NCBI RefSeq assembly: GCF_025526975.1
Contig: NW_026515699.1
Coordinates: forward strand, 124,001-188,000
Reading direction: 5' to 3'
Length of the DNA stretch: 64,000 nucleotides
From: Fimicolochytrium jonesii
Lineage: Eukaryota
The notes below the pieces were generated by a model. The model made no database searches. It was not told where the DNA came from and was given only the letters and a program-made list of their open reading frames with translations. The position numbers were made by a program, and so were the translations under genes. Shown here in pieces: positions 34,972-48,819 of the stretch; positions within the stretch are counted from its first letter, which is position 1, and the number at the start of each line of letters is the position of its first letter.

Positions 34972-35900
34972 TCAGTTCCCTTGGACGATGCACAACCGCA
35001 ACGTATGCCTCCCACCCACGGGCATCACCTGCACCGCCGCCGCGGCATCACTGGTCCCATTAACCAAGAACGCAAAAAGATCGACGCCCTTGGCGCCAAA
35101 GAAATGGCCGCTGGTGCCGACGACGCTTGCGGGCTGGTCTTCTGTTGTTGCGGTGGCGGTGGTTGTGTTGGTGAGGGAGATGATGGGTGTGCGCGAGGGG
35201 TTGAAGGGGCCGAGGATTTGGAAGGTGCCGAAGTTGGGGATGGTGTAGTCCGTGGTGCAGTAGAAGGAGTCGAGCGTGGAGGTTAGGGGTTGGCAGGTGC
35301 TGTTGATGTAGGGGGATGAGAGACGTGGTGGATGTGGGTTAGATCAGAGGTCTCGGATTTGGTTTGTAAGGTTGTGATACCCGAAACAATGATGCAAGCT
35401 ACATACCCGCGACTGAACCCAAACGTATTTCCACTCAATGTCAAGATGCTCTCAAACACCGTGGTGCCGTTCCCGCCCGCGACCTGGGTGCTGTTTGCAA
35501 ACTGTTCTTCAAAGACAAACTCCTCAAATTTCTGCGATGCGGGGCATGGGCTCGTTGTCGCTGCTGATGCCGATGTCGCGGTTGTTGCGGCCGGCGCTAC
35601 GGATGTGAAGAAAACGGTCTGGATATCTGCCGCGAACGCGGTCGGAGTGGGTGTCGCCGCCGTGATGGCACTGTCTGCTCCTGATCCAGCCCCGCCGAAT
35701 GTGACGACTGCAACGGCGGTATCCGTCTGCGCTGCGTGCACGACGACGGTAGCGGTTTCGAGTACGGTAGAGTCGGCTTGGCGGCGGTTCAGGAGACGTT
35801 CGAGATGGAATTTGAGCGGTAGGCGCAGAGCGGTGGATGTGGGGAGATGGATCGTGAGGAGCGTCAGGAGGAGGACCAGGCTTGCGAGTTGGCTGTGCAT
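34972..35900 (-). CDS. Secreted protein: Thr/Ala-rich stalk plus a dirigent/allene-oxide-cyclase-like barrel
   Basis: Signal peptide, RR processing site, intron 35300-35406. FGFSRG|TC…FYC…GTFQILG…ASVVGTSGHFFGAKG resembles the GGTGxFxGAxG barrel motif. Confidence 0.65.
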
Positions 35901-37692
35901 GATGGGGATGTGCTATTCGAGGGTGCTTGCGAGTAGGACGAAGAGTTATGTAGGTATTGGGGCAGAGTGCGGACCGAGGGAAGATGATCTTGATATCGAT
36001 GGTCGGCAACGAGCGAGCAACGTTGCGAGCAGAAGGTAGTATGAAAGCGGAGCACAACAGACCAGCTGGGTTACAAAAACAGACAAGTTTTACACCACAG
36101 CTTCAAGCGCATAAGTTATCAGGGATCCGGAGACCGTTGTGGTGTGGGATGTTTCGACCGTTTCTCCGTGGCAGCTAGGTGAAAGCAAACAAAGCGGGAA
36201 AGAAAGTGATGCCAGGGCTCTCAGAGAGGCGGGAAAGCTGCACTACTTATGTACTGGCGTCGGAACAGTAATAAGAGATCCCCTGCGCACATGGATGGGG
36301 ACGAGCTGCAGCCTGCAGCCACCTCCTTCGGGTCGTTGCGGGAGGTCATAATGAAAATTACGTCGTTGTTGCGGCGCTGAGGGTGTGTGTGGTTGTTTCG
36401 GATGCGAATGCGAGCGGGATGCGAGAAAAAGGGGCTATATATTTTAGCGGGCAGGGGCATGCGTGGAAGGAAGGAAGGAAAGTGCGGGACGCGTTGAAAT
36501 GAGAGAGATGATTGGAATCGTGGCTTTTATTGCGCAGAACGTCCCTCACAAATCCGGGCTGGAAAGTCGGGACATCCGACAAGCACATGCATGCAGGCAT
36601 TGCCATCTCTGGTATCACAGCTGAAGTCCTCGCTCAAACCAGCAGCGGTAGAAGTGAGCTGATAGAGAGCGGACTAGGTGTTGTCACCACGCTGGTAGAT
36701 CCTGGAGCTACGATGGTTTACGATGGAGCTACGTCTGAGCTGCAAGGGTGGAGAACGTGTTGTATGGGGAAGTTCAATCGGAATGGCGTACCACGCTTGG
36801 GACAGCGGGTGCGCGATATGTTCTTAACTGTCTACGCACTCGCATTCTTCCTCAGAACCGCCAAATGAAACTTCACTCAGCTCTATGAATGCGAAATGCC
36901 GAGTCGAGCGAACAACGTCTGGGACTCTGGGACTCGCAGCGGGACCGATTTCCAAACTCAGTCAACTTCAGGGTCGCTTCAGTCGCCTCCTGGAACTCCG
37001 TGGGAGAGTCACTTCGCGTATCTTGCATGGACGGAGTTTCGGAGGGACGGCCGGATATGGGCATTATGGGGAAGGAAAGCACCTTCTGAGGAAACGTCCC
37101 TCTGGGATCACTCCGGGATGTAATCGGATGCTCGGCTAGCGTTTGCTACTCGTCAAGGTCTCGGCCTAACTACGTCTCGCGGGACCCGTCTGGCGTTCAG
37201 ATTTGGACACAGATTTTCCTAGCGATCCCGGACTGTCCATTCACGTCCTCATACGGCAGTTTCGAGGATTCTGCTTCATTGAATCGCGAGGAGAAGCTGA
37301 GAGAAATGAAGATCTCTACTTAGCTCCGGCGGCAGGACGTCGGACGGTGTGACCAAGATCTTTCGAAGTGATTGTGCGGTGAAGCACTACGCGGCAGATT
37401 GCGCCCACTTCCATCGGCATGTCGAACATGCAGCAGACTGACTACCAGATCATGCTACGGAGTCCCCAAACGGTTTTCTCGAAGGCATGTAGATTAGGTA
37501 CACCCCGTCAAGTTGTCATATCTAAGTTCCGCTTGCGTTGTCATTAGGTTGTGGTTACGATGTGCATATACATGTTCTTTGAATCCGCTTTCAGGAAGAT
37601 CTGAGGGTATCGATAGAGCAGTCTCGGCTTGCGAGCCATGTTGATGAGGTTAATTACGCAGTGATATACGAAATACGGGCGTGATCCTGGCA

Positions 37693-40283
37693 CTATTTAG
37701 GCTGTTCGGAACCTTGTCCGCTCCGCTTCCCGTTTCCGACAACGTACGGGCCATTGCTCGATCTGGGCCCACTGGTGGCCGATCGCATTTTATTCGTCAT
37801 CTCGGAGTTCTTGCGGATACCAGCGGCGCTGTGGGAATGAAATTGTGGAGAAAAGATTAGAGGACGACATACTCCCGGATGCAACAGCGTTGATTGGCAG
37901 TGACGGACAAGCAGGCACTTACAAAGCTCTGACCATCACCGCGAACGTGTTTTCTAAAGATCCAATCTCACGCAGTAAGCTTCGAGCTTGCAGCTTTCCA
38001 TTCTCCAATGCGCTAAATTTCAGGTTCGTCACTTCAGTCATCCTGTGCGCGAGGCGTTGCAGTGGCACCGTGATGACGAAGGACACGGCGGCGGCGGCCA
38101 GTAAGCCGACCGTACTGCATACGGCGATGACGATGATGCTATTCCGGATGGACTGATCGATGCGATAAAAGAAGTCGGAGCGCGGGAAGGCGATGACGAG
38201 CTGCCAGCGGCTGCCGGCTGATACGCTCCCGGGGCCGAGGTGAAGAGGTTTGGTGGCAATGTACCAATCTGTTCGAGTGGAGATCAGCGTCGACCACTTC
38301 AATGGACAAAACGGGCTTGCAGATGTTGGTCGTACCTTCACCACCCAGATTGGCCTTGAATTCTAACACATCGGTCGGCATGTCGCTCAATACTGGATAT
38401 CGAGACTGGATGAATTTGCCGATATGGTCAACAGCCGGAACGGGGTTGTTGTCAAGGTAAGCTAGAACGCGACAAGGTGTCTGTGGTGCGCTCCAATTCA
38501 CAAGCAATCTATGCGTCTTATCCCAGCAACTTACAAGTCGTCTTGTTATAGAAGTCAATGTAAACGGGATGGATCGCATCGATATTCGACGAGGTGATAA
38601 CCTGGCCAGCCCGATTAGTCGTGGTCGCATCGTAGATGAAGATAACGGCGTTCGCGGACGGTAGCGCGGCTTGCAACGAAGCTACAGCTGATCGCTCCAT
38701 GACACCGCCTGCCTGGCATCCCATCATTGGCCCCGTGGCGGTTTTGTCGCGGATGTCCCAGATGGGGACGATCACGTTCCTAGTCGACGTTGAGGTTGTA
38801 TAGGCGGATCCACTCCGCCCACGTAAAGGCGAACCACACGTTGGTTGAGCTTACCAGTAGATGGAGGCTGGGGGAAACACCACCCAATTCCACTGCGCGA
38901 CACCGTGCGCGGGTTTCGTAGCAATATACCGAAAGTTCCGGTCATTCTAAATGCATACGATCAGGCGTTAAAATGGAATATAATATCAAAGCATCGAACC
39001 CATTTGCTCCTACCCGCGGATCGTACAGGTTCTTCGTATAGACATTATACGTCCATGTAATAAGATCTGCTGGCTTCTTGAAGTCCCCGCTGATATTGTA
39101 TCCCGGCGACGCATACGGATTGTCTTTCATGGCGGGCGCAATAGCATCAGCCGGGAACAGCTGGCCCCTATCATCCGTCATCTGCGCGAACTCGTAGTAC
39201 CCTCCCCTGGTTGGACCGGTGTTGTCTGGCCAAAACGGTACACTCGCCGTGGGCTGTACCTGTTAGCTAGGCTTAGATCCACTGTACCAAGGGATTCTAG
39301 AGTTATATACCAGGAAGGTGACATTGTCCATGAACATATACGCGAGCGTGGTTGTGGTGTTCATTATGACGGTCCCGTTGGGGTAGGTGTACAAACGAGG
39401 CTGGCGCAGGTTTTCGTGGCCCGCGAAGCGGAAGTTGGGTATGTCGGTCATGGCGGGTCCCCATGCTGATGCGGCGTTTGTTTGATTCAGAGGGGTTGGC
39501 ACTGCGGGTGGATAAACATCATCATGATCGGTCAGTCTTCCCTACTGGGTCTGCGAAGCCGGACAAAACGATCACATACATTCTGCGGTAAAGCAAAGTA
39601 GTCTAGGTCGGATTGACGACGGACCCGTTAGAGATCGGGCATCCAGTGCCTTGCAAACGCCCGCGATGAACTCACGTCGAGATTTCGGTGACGCTCACCA
39701 GTGTTTCCGCAACCTCATAACTCCAGTCACCGCCGCCTGTTGCAAACACGGAGGCGCTCATGGCCTTCTTCGCCGTTGTGCGAGCACCGATGTTGTAGGC
39801 GGCCCGGTAGTACTTGTTCATGATCCCTTCGATGCTTGCCACGGCTTGGATTGTTGTGAGCTACATGTACCTGGATGCGTCAAAGGCAATGCGAGATGCA
39901 CGGAAAACGGGAGAGCAGCAACCAGGGGGCCTTACATTTAGGATGGTGCTTGCATCATCTTCTGCATTTCTCTTAGCATTTGTGACGAATACCGTACTTG
40001 ACTGAAAATGAGTCCTGTTTAGTTGGCATCCTGTCGATTGCTATCCGCCGAAATCATTGCGTACCGGAACGACGACAGCAGCCAGTAATAGCGTCAATAT
40101 CCCCAGTAGCGCTACCGGTAATGGTATGGAGAACGCCCTCCCCCGGCGCCTGCGTAGACCTTCTCTGGCCAGCACAGCTGGCTCGTAATCCATCCCACAT
40201 TCCAACTCCAGATCCTCTTCCTGTGGCGGGATGTGTCCGGGAACCTGCTCGAACGCAACCTTGCTTGATTGTGGAGACGGCAT
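37693..40283 (-). CDS. Multi-exon membrane sensor: TM, large extracellular (Cache-like) region, TM, HAMP, short tail
   Basis: TM1 IPLPVALLGILTLLLAAVVVP; WQLVIAFPRSDFF; TM2; HAMP ITVPLQRLAHRMTEVTNLKF…SLLREIGSLENTFAVMV. Where checked, GT-AG introns keep the frame; the segment at ~39500-39710 was not spliced by hand. Stop at 37693. Confidence 0.8.
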
Positions 40284-41315
40284 TGCGAGCCGAATATGTC
40301 GTTGTCGCTCGACCGGGGAGTGTGCGTGCTGATCAGGTAGGGTTTGTTTTACCGAGTCGGAGGCCGTCGGGAAAAGGGGCTCCAATTATGGTTGCATGGG
40401 AAGAGTGTTTAGAGGAGGGTCCGGCCTTTTATATGCAGGCAGGATTCGGGCTCAGTAGATATCTATTCTCAACACAATCAAGAACAAACGTAGATCGGCG
40501 AGTCACGCAAAGGCTTAGATTGCCCAAACAACAAGCCCTTCATCTCGACGGGGCTTGCTTCCAGTTTCTTTGAGGTATGTTCGGAAAGCCGTCAAAATCT
40601 GTCAGAAAGTGGCGTCGGGCAGCAAAACTCCGCCGGTGACCAGGCGCTGCCAGAAACCATAAAATCTAGCCCCGGAAACTCAATCTTTCGATCCAATCGC
40701 AGGGAAGTCAGCCCTTCCGTAGAGGAACAATAGGATGCGAGATGAAATCGATGGTGATAGCTATGTCGACGATCCACATCGCGCCTGGAACACGCTTAGA
40801 GTCATTGGGCAAAGCGTGTGTGAGGATGCTTTTTGACATTGTCTGGCCTGGTATATATAGACACCACGCAGTTGCCGACCTTGAAATGTTCCGTCAGTGA
40901 AGGCCATCCTTCATGCCTCCTATCGGCGTAACACTGAAAAAGGTACACATTGCCTCCCTCATCTCCCCGCCACATCCCACATCACACACCCCGTCCCACC
41001 AACTACAAACGACGCAAACGTGGTATTATAAAACATCCCAGTATATACAGAGAACACAAAACCAGGCCTACGAATATCGGAGACGTCGACATGTAACAGC
41101 CCCATGTCAGGCATGACAAAACAAAACCCAAGAGGGAAGGAAGGGAGTAAGCCCAAAAATTGAGAGTTTTTCTTACATCATTTCGCAGAAGGAGGTATAT
41201 GAGGGGTGGAATTTCGTAGGTTAGCGATGAGGCGATGGAGTTCATCGCTCGTGAACTGAACGCGTTGGTATCGCTTCCGACGAGGGTTGTGGGCTCGGGA
41301 GGAAGTTGAATATTT

Positions 41316-44300
41316 CTAAGACTTCTTCGGGGCTTGGTTCGGTGAAGGGGTATGTTCAATATGCCCAACCGAGCCCGTGGCATCCGACGACTTGCGTTGA
41401 CTATGACCGACCGATCCCGTCGCATCGGACGATTTGCGTTTGACCACCACCGGCGGCGTACGTACTTTTTCAAGCGCTGGTGGTGGCGGGTGCGGGGTGG
41501 ATTGCGCTGGTTGCGTTGCCACGGTCATCATCACCGGAGCCGTTTTCGAAGTCTCCACGACAACCAGCTTCGTGCCTTCACTACTCCCCGGACTGTGTAC
41601 GGGCGGCTGTAACGCCTTGGTTTCCTTCACCTTTTTTGCTGGCGGCGGACCAACCACAGCCGCGGACGCAGAACCAGCACGCTCATCATCCAGTTGTGCA
41701 AACTCCGCCTTGAAATCGAAGCCGGACTCGAGTGCCGGCGGTGCCGATTTACGTTTCTTCGCTTTGGATTTGAACGGGTCGTAGATGGTTTCCTCTCCCG
41801 CGGTGTTCTTTTCGGCTATTTTGCGTTTCATCCAGCTGTAGACGCGGGAGAGGGCGTCGAGGCTCATTGTGCCTTCGGGCCAGAAGGATTGGACCTGAGG
41901 TGAGGGAAAGAGGGTGCGTTAGGAACATAAATATAGCGCGCAGTGAACCAAGATGAGGTGTATCGCACCTTAGCGTAGATGGCTTTGCGCACACCCATTT
42001 CCGTAAACGCAGGTGGGTTGTTCACCGCGATACTGCAACGTGAGAAGAAGTCAGCCAAGTGTGTCATTCGCTCCACATCCCACTGAACCACACCACCGTA
42101 CTTGTACTCATTATCCAGCTGCGCCATCTCCCACTCCCCACACAAGATATCCCAAAACGCAAATCTCGACTTATCCGTCCATCTGAACTTGGCGCCGCCA
42201 TTCTCAGCGGACTCGTCGCCGCCGGTGCTGTCGACTGCTGGTTGCGGGGGTCGCTGGATCGCTTCGTGGATCATGTCTTCGAAGTCTTTGTAGAGTTGCT
42301 TTATTCGGGGTTTCAGGCGTTCGAGGCGGCGGGGGATGGCGTAGGCTTTTAGGGTGCGCTGTGGGCAAGATGGTGGAAGGTGCGTGTGTCAGTTGAATGA
42401 GGGAGGAGAAATCCCGATGTTGATCGTGATGTGCGCATACCCGTAAGGCGTCCGAGTCCAAAGGCACGAATCGCTCAACTTCCTCAAAGAAGCGTTCGTT
42501 TAGCCAGCCCGCATTGATCGCCTGGTCAGCTGCCTTGGAAACCAGTGTTCGTAGTTCTGTCGGTAGTGGGTTGTCTGAGGTCGGTTCTGCACGGACGAAT
42601 CTCGTAAGCTAAAAAGCCTTCAGGCAGACAAGATCACAGCACTGGCGAAACATACTGATTTTGTCAGCAGCCTCCGCGGCTGCACGAAGTCGTTGAGCTA
42701 CTTTCCTCGGTAATGACTGCAGAATGATAGAAATTCAGCGCGCTGACACAATATACTCCGACATACAGGTACTCGCCCATTCCTTACCTGAGAAGATTGC
42801 CCTCCAAAAGGCTTTGAATGTGAAGAGGAACCATTCGTCAACGAGTCCGCGTCCGAAAGCCGATGTGGTTTCGCAACCGCCTTGGGTTTCGTAGCCGCCT
42901 CCACAGTATCTTGCGCGGGAGGAGCAGACATGGGTTGTTTCACAGCAGGCTGCGTTTTAGGCGTAGCTGCAGGGGTCACATCGGTCGTAGTAATGGGTCG
43001 ATGGTTCACTGCTGCAGCAGCGGAGGTAGTGGTGGTCTCATGCGCTTTACTCTTCCTTGGACCTGCTACACTCTCCTTCCGTTGCTTCTTCTTGACCGGT
43101 TCAGCGCCCACGGCCGGCGTGGATGCGGATGCGGATGCGGGTTGCGGAAGTGGGGTATCAGCGCCTACAGGTCTAGGGATATCGGCACCTGAGCTTTGAG
43201 GTTCATCCTTCCGATCCCGTTTCTTACTCGGGCTCGGTTTCGTGCTGCTCGCGCTTGTCGTCGATTTATACTTCTTCGGCGTCCCACCGTCCGGCTGCTG
43301 CTGCTGCTGTTGTGTGGTCTTCTTCTTCGGCTTCTCCTTAGTGGTAGGGGGCGCGAGTTGCGACAACGTCTTTTCGTCATCCAAGCCCATCGGTACGGGT
43401 GGATTGGGAGTGGCGGGTTTACCCTTTTTCACTTTCACTATTGTGACTGGCCTCGGTCCAGGTTTCGATGTTTGGGCCCGTGGAGAAACGTCATCGGAAG
43501 AGCTAGAGTCCGTCGTCGAGACCTCAATACCTGCCACGACACCGCTCGATGTTCCCGCCGTAGAAGACCGTCTCTCTTTGCTATTACCGCCGGCGTTCGG
43601 GCTGGTCATCGGTGTAGGTCCCGATGCACCGGCTGCGGGTGATGCAGTGGCCGTAGCAGCCGCCGACACTTTCTTTGCCCGTTTCCGAACCGGCTCAGAC
43701 CCTTCGCCTGATGTCGTCGCGGCCTTCCCTTTACTCTCGCTGCCCGCGACCTTCCCCTTGGTCTCGCCACCCACAACCTTCTTCTTCCCTTTCCCCCTCT
43801 TCGATGGCGACGGATCCTTCTGTCGATCAAACATCTTCTTATTGCTAGGAAGACATCATCGCAGGTTTAGCCAAACCCACTCGAGTAGGGGGATCGAGAT
43901 AACATGCTGCATTAGAACTCACTATTCCGACAAGAAAAAGTCCTCAACAGGTCCCTTATACGCAAAGAATCCGCAATCGAGATCAACAGGCGGCACAGAC
44001 CCAACCTCGCTCCAGAACAGATCGCTGTCGTCAATGAAGGCGTCGTCGAGGTCGTAGTCGTCTTCTAGGCTCTTGCGGAGTTTCGTGGGTGCTGCCTGGG
44101 TGTATCACATGAACGGTCGTTAATTCCCAGTGTCTCGAATATTATGCGCACAGTGCATTGGGATGGGCCAAACTCACCCCCGACGCCGCCCCACTCTCCT
44201 CATCATCCGCGCTTCCGTCGTCGTCGTCCTCAACCTCCGCCCCATCCCTTCCCAGCGGTTTCGCAGGCGAGGTAGTCGACTTCCCAGGCTTGCCATTCGT

Positions 44301-44447
44301 ATCCTGGCCGGTAGCCTTCCGCATCAACTCGGCGTAATTGAAGATATTGTTTTCCGGGTGGTCTTTATCGAGCGTTACGTGGAGGCGGATGCTGCGTTGG
44401 GGCGGGTCGTCGGGTGGGTCGGCCGTTGTTAGCATCATCGAGGCCAT
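41316..44447 (-). CDS. HPC2: HIR complex subunit, Hpc2/ubinuclein-like
   Basis: IFNYAEL N-terminal motif; HUN/HRD domain YDLDDAFIDDSDL…GFFAYKGPV; ubinuclein middle-domain-like KFRWT…FWPEGTM. Confidence 0.85.
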
Positions 44448-45206
44448 GTGGAGTGGATGGGGGTTGGGATGGTGTCGTAAGAAGAATGCACCGTTTGCGG
44501 TTGGATTGGGTTGAGGAGTTAAGTAGTTTGATATGTATGTAGCTTGCAGCCTCTATCTACGTCTCCAACGGGTATACTATGTGTCTGGGTCAAGGGATTG
44601 TGGGTAGGGTAAGGTGTGGACGCCCGCAGCGATGTTGGTCGCTCGAAGCCGTCCGTCTCGTCCCGTTGTTGTGGGTCACCAATCTGCCTCCACACGCGGA
44701 TATCCAGGATATCCTTCATCATCGTCTCAATCGTAAGGATCCACGGCATCCGAAATCCTCCACGTTCTTGAGAGCCAATCCCATGATTGTCGGACTGCGA
44801 CGGGCCCGCACAGGGACATCAGATCGCTCAACCCCAGCCAATGAGAGGTCTGCGTACTAGGGAAGCGATCCCCTTCTTTCAAAATGTATGTAATCTGCGG
44901 CCTATTCACATCGGACATTCGAGGGTAACATTGGAGATCAGAAAGCGCGGCGGGTTGAAATGCCTGACGAAGGATGGGGACGCAGTCGAATCCCTAGATA
45001 ACGTACTCCATACTGGGTTGCCGAGTTGGCACCATGGATGACTGCGTGCATGCCGTCTACGCCGACCAAAAAATCCATCTGCCGTAGGTGTACTCCGCAT
45101 CATGCCGGAATCATTGCAGCCCTGTCGGCTGTACTAGCGGCATCGTCATCCCCAGCACACCCCCACCATTCACCCATCATCGCATCCCTCAATCCCAACA
45201 CCACCC

Positions 45207-45899
45207 CTACAACCCGCCCTCATCCCGATCGCGCCTGGGGCCTCTGGGGCGTCGTTGGAACCGATTATTATTCGTCGATCGATGAACAACTTGCTCCGCA
45301 TCCGCACTGCCGGCAGGCTCGCGTTCCGTGGCTTCAGCGACCTGTGGATGCGTATCGGGAAGCAGACGGCCGAGACATACCTGGTCAGTGATACAACTTT
45401 GGGAGAAAAGAGTCCGATGCAGGTTGTTTTCGTCGGGCAGTGTGAGCGAGCGTACTGGATTCGCCCAACGGGAATGATACCCTTCCAAACAAGGCCACAG
45501 CACAATCCATCCCTCACCCCTCACCCGTCCATCCAACTCCCCAAGCTGCACATTCACCAACCCCTCACAACCTCACAACCCACAACTCACCCTCAAAAGC
45601 CTCCCATGAAGTTCCTTCCCATCCACCTGCTCAATCGCGACAATCGCCTCCGCCGCCTCCATATCGAAGAAACCGCACTGGCGATGCTTCCCCGTGAGCT
45701 TGTTGATAAACAGCCACGCGTCGGTCACGGTGCCATGCTTGCTCAAGAGGGAGGTGACGTCTTCGGTCGTGGCGGTTTGTGGGACATTGCCAACGAAGAT
45801 GCGTTTTGTGGCCAAGGTGCGGATGATGGTGCGCGGGAGAGGGGGAAGGGAGAGGAAGGGACGAGGGAGGGCGGTGAGGCGGCGGGTTAGACGGAACAT
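45207..45899 (-). CDS. Single-RRM RNA-binding protein with a mitochondrial-type presequence
   Basis: MFRLTRRLTA… presequence; RIFVGNV (RNP2); intron 45342-45590 gives ELHGRLLR|VAEATER. Confidence 0.85.
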
Positions 45900-46156
45900 T
45901 GTGGGATTGCGCTACTTGAAGGGAGCAGCGGGGAGAATGCCCAAGATGGGGTTGAACATCACATGTCCGAGCTGTACGTCACAAGAGCAATACCGCTTAT
46001 CGCAGAGCCACCAAATATGAAGTTGCGCCGCACCACCACTTGGACCCAAACAACAATTGGTTGAAGCTCGCAACATAAATTATCAAAAACCCTCAAGTGT
46101 ATTTTGTGATAGAGATATCATACAAGACAAAAAAGAGAACTCAGAAGACGAGTAAT

Positions 46157-46941
46157 CTATTCGTCGTCACCGTCGTTGTCAGCATCGGCCTCAGCGATGT
46201 TGAAGTAACGGAGCTCGTAAGCGTTCTTGGAAGAGCTGATGACGCGAACCCAGTCACGAAGCTGGTGCTTCTTCAAGAATTTCTTGGTGAGGTACTTGAT
46301 GTAGCGCTTGGAGAACTGGATGCTGGGGGAGGCGGTCACGGTGAGGGTTCCAGAGGCACCCTTGCTGATGGTCACGGCCTCTCCAAGGTTGTTGGTGCGG
46401 CCAGAGACCTTGACGCGGTCGTGAAGGAACTTCTCCTGTGGACATAACGGGTGGAATGTGAATAATTCGGTTCTATGCTTTGACTTTTGAGAATGTGAAC
46501 TGCGGGGAACTTACGAAGGAGTCAACGTCGAAGATACCGTCGTTGGCGGGGCTGGAGCAGTCAATGGTGAACTTGACCGGGGCCTTCTTGGCCTTGTTGT
46601 CCTTCTTCTGCTCAAGAGTGCGGATGGTGAGTGGTTGGGTTCCAAGCAGTCGAGCAAACCGTTTGAACATCCCCGTCTGGCGCGCAGCTCAGAAGGGGAC
46701 GCCAAAGTAGGCTACTCTGTCGCTCGCAGCCACCTTTTCATCCAGCGGGGTCGTGCTACAGGCGTAGCATTCGTTCGGTTGCCCCATTCTCGTCGCAGCT
46801 TTTTTCCCAGAACGTGACTTCCGAGAATGCGGGAGAATGGACGGCGAACCTACTACCACCGCCGGGAGAAGAAGGGGACCGAAAACCAAGTGGGACGCAG
46901 GGCAGCGGGCAGGAGTACGGGATACTTACTGTGACAGCCAT
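46157..46941 (-). CDS. RPL22: 60S ribosomal protein L22 (eL22), 3 exons
   Basis: [45 protein letters not shown]…[25 protein letters not shown]. Confidence 0.97.
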
Positions 46942-47313
46942 TTCTGCTAAGAGGTAGTCCGTAGATCGAGAGGATAGGATCCGTAGGATATGTGCTGGGG
47001 GAGGGGAAAAGGAAGAGAGACGGGAACGGGCGATGTTTTTTCTCTTCGCTCTGCTCGCCGACTCTTGCACGGTCGACGCCGCACTGCGCCACATCAAGCC
47101 ACACAGACGAGCCAGTAGTCAATGCGGCGTGTTCTCATGTCGTCCTAGCCGATTTCGCAGCTGCTTCCCGACTACGACTTGACGAAACGCTGCATTTCAC
47201 TTCTCATCCCTCCTTCAAAGTACAGTACAAGCTCAATCGCACATACCCTCGCATACACACTCGCAGCATATCCTCCTTCACTCGTCAGTTCTTCGTTGCT
47301 ATTCGCGAAAACG

Positions 47314-48441
47314 ATGGTTCCACCCACAGCAACAACAACCGGCAGCCTCCGCAACTCCGCGATATGCCTCCTCTCATCGACCGCTCGTCAACGTTCCTCT
47401 AGCGCAATCACACAGGCGGTAACACTATCGGCGCGGCGATGCGCTTCGGGCTTGGTGAGACGGGCGGGCACGAAATTTGAGCTGAAGGGTAGGGCGCCGA
47501 CTGTGGTGCCTGGAAGTTTGGCGTGGAGGAGGGCGGCGGGATTGGGGGCGGAACAACAACGTAAGTAGCATACTATCCATTGGCAGAGGAGAGATCTACG
47601 GTGGAGTTATGACTAACGATCCTATCATCCCGCCCTCCATCCCCCGCACCAGGCCGCACAATGTTCATCCAAACCGAATCAACCCCCAACGTCGACTCCC
47701 TCAAATTCAAACCAGGGCAGCAAGTCCTCCCCGCCCCGCAAACCGCCGAATTCCTCTCCCCCCGCGACGCCCTCGGCACCTCGCCCCTCGCCGCCTCCCT
47801 CTTCCGCATCGACGGCGTGCAATCCGTCTTTTTCGGGCCGGACTTTATCACCATCTCCAAGGACCCCGACGCGAACTGGCAGCTCATGCGGCCGGATATC
47901 TACGGCTGTATCATGGATTTCTTCGCGACGGGTCAACCCGTTATGCGTGCGGCGGGAGCGGAGGGCGAGGACGGCGCATCGGTCCTGCGGGGCGACACGG
48001 AGATCTTACCGGAGGATTCGGAGGTTGTGGCGATGATTAAGGAGTTGCTGGATACGAGGATCAGACCGACGATCCAGGAGGATGGCGGGGATATCGAGTA
48101 TAAGGGGTTTGAGGAGGGGATTGTAAAGTTGAAGCTGCAGGGGAGCTGTAGGACGTGTGATTCGTCGGTTGTGACGCTGAAGAATGGGATTGAGACTATG
48201 TTGATGGTGAGTTGAGTTGAGTGGAGGCGGTTTCGTCACTCGCATCGATGCGTATTGGGAGACTTTCGGCATTACCGAGTGCGGTTATGACTGACACTAC
48301 CTACCTCTCGCACTTTCACAGCACTACATCCCAGAAGTCCAGGGCGTCGAACAAGTCCTCGACCCCCACGAAGCCGTCGGACAAGCCGAGTTCCAGAAAT
48401 TCGAGCGCCAGCTCCAACAGCACCAGCTTGGCGGGGTCTGA
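47314..48441 (+). CDS. NFU1: Mitochondrial Fe-S scaffold NFU1
   Basis: [42 protein letters not shown] (CxxC); MLM|HYIPEV; presequence exon. Confidence 0.96.
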
Positions 48442-48819
48442 GATCTCTGGCTTTCCCCTTCACGCCGCCCATCACCAACCCAGTGTTCGCAGCCCGGAGT
48501 TCGGGCAACGCACTATCTCGCATTATCTACGCCCGAGATGTCACAACACTCTTTACATCCCCGTTACGTGTCTGGTTCGAGCGTTCATGCAGTATCCACA
48601 CTCGAATCCCTCATCGTAGATTCACCCACTGTACATATTTGAATGATTATCATCTACAACCGCGCATATTCCATGAACAGGGACACCGAGATGAGAATCT
48701 CGTCCCCCCCTTTCTCATTTCCGTAAGATACCACATGAGATCCACCAACCCCAGGTAAAAAGGCGGGCTAAAAAAACCGACCCCGCAAATAAGCCCATCC
48801 ACATCGGCAACCCACCCAC

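Noticed and set aside
39260..39312. Premature TAA in the HAMP sensor gene
   Set aside because: It lies inside a plausible 51-nt GT…CTAACAG intron that preserves the frame.
46609..46929. Box C/D snoRNA in RPL22 intron 1
   Set aside because: Only a non-canonical TGGATGA and one CTGA, with no recognisable rRNA guide.
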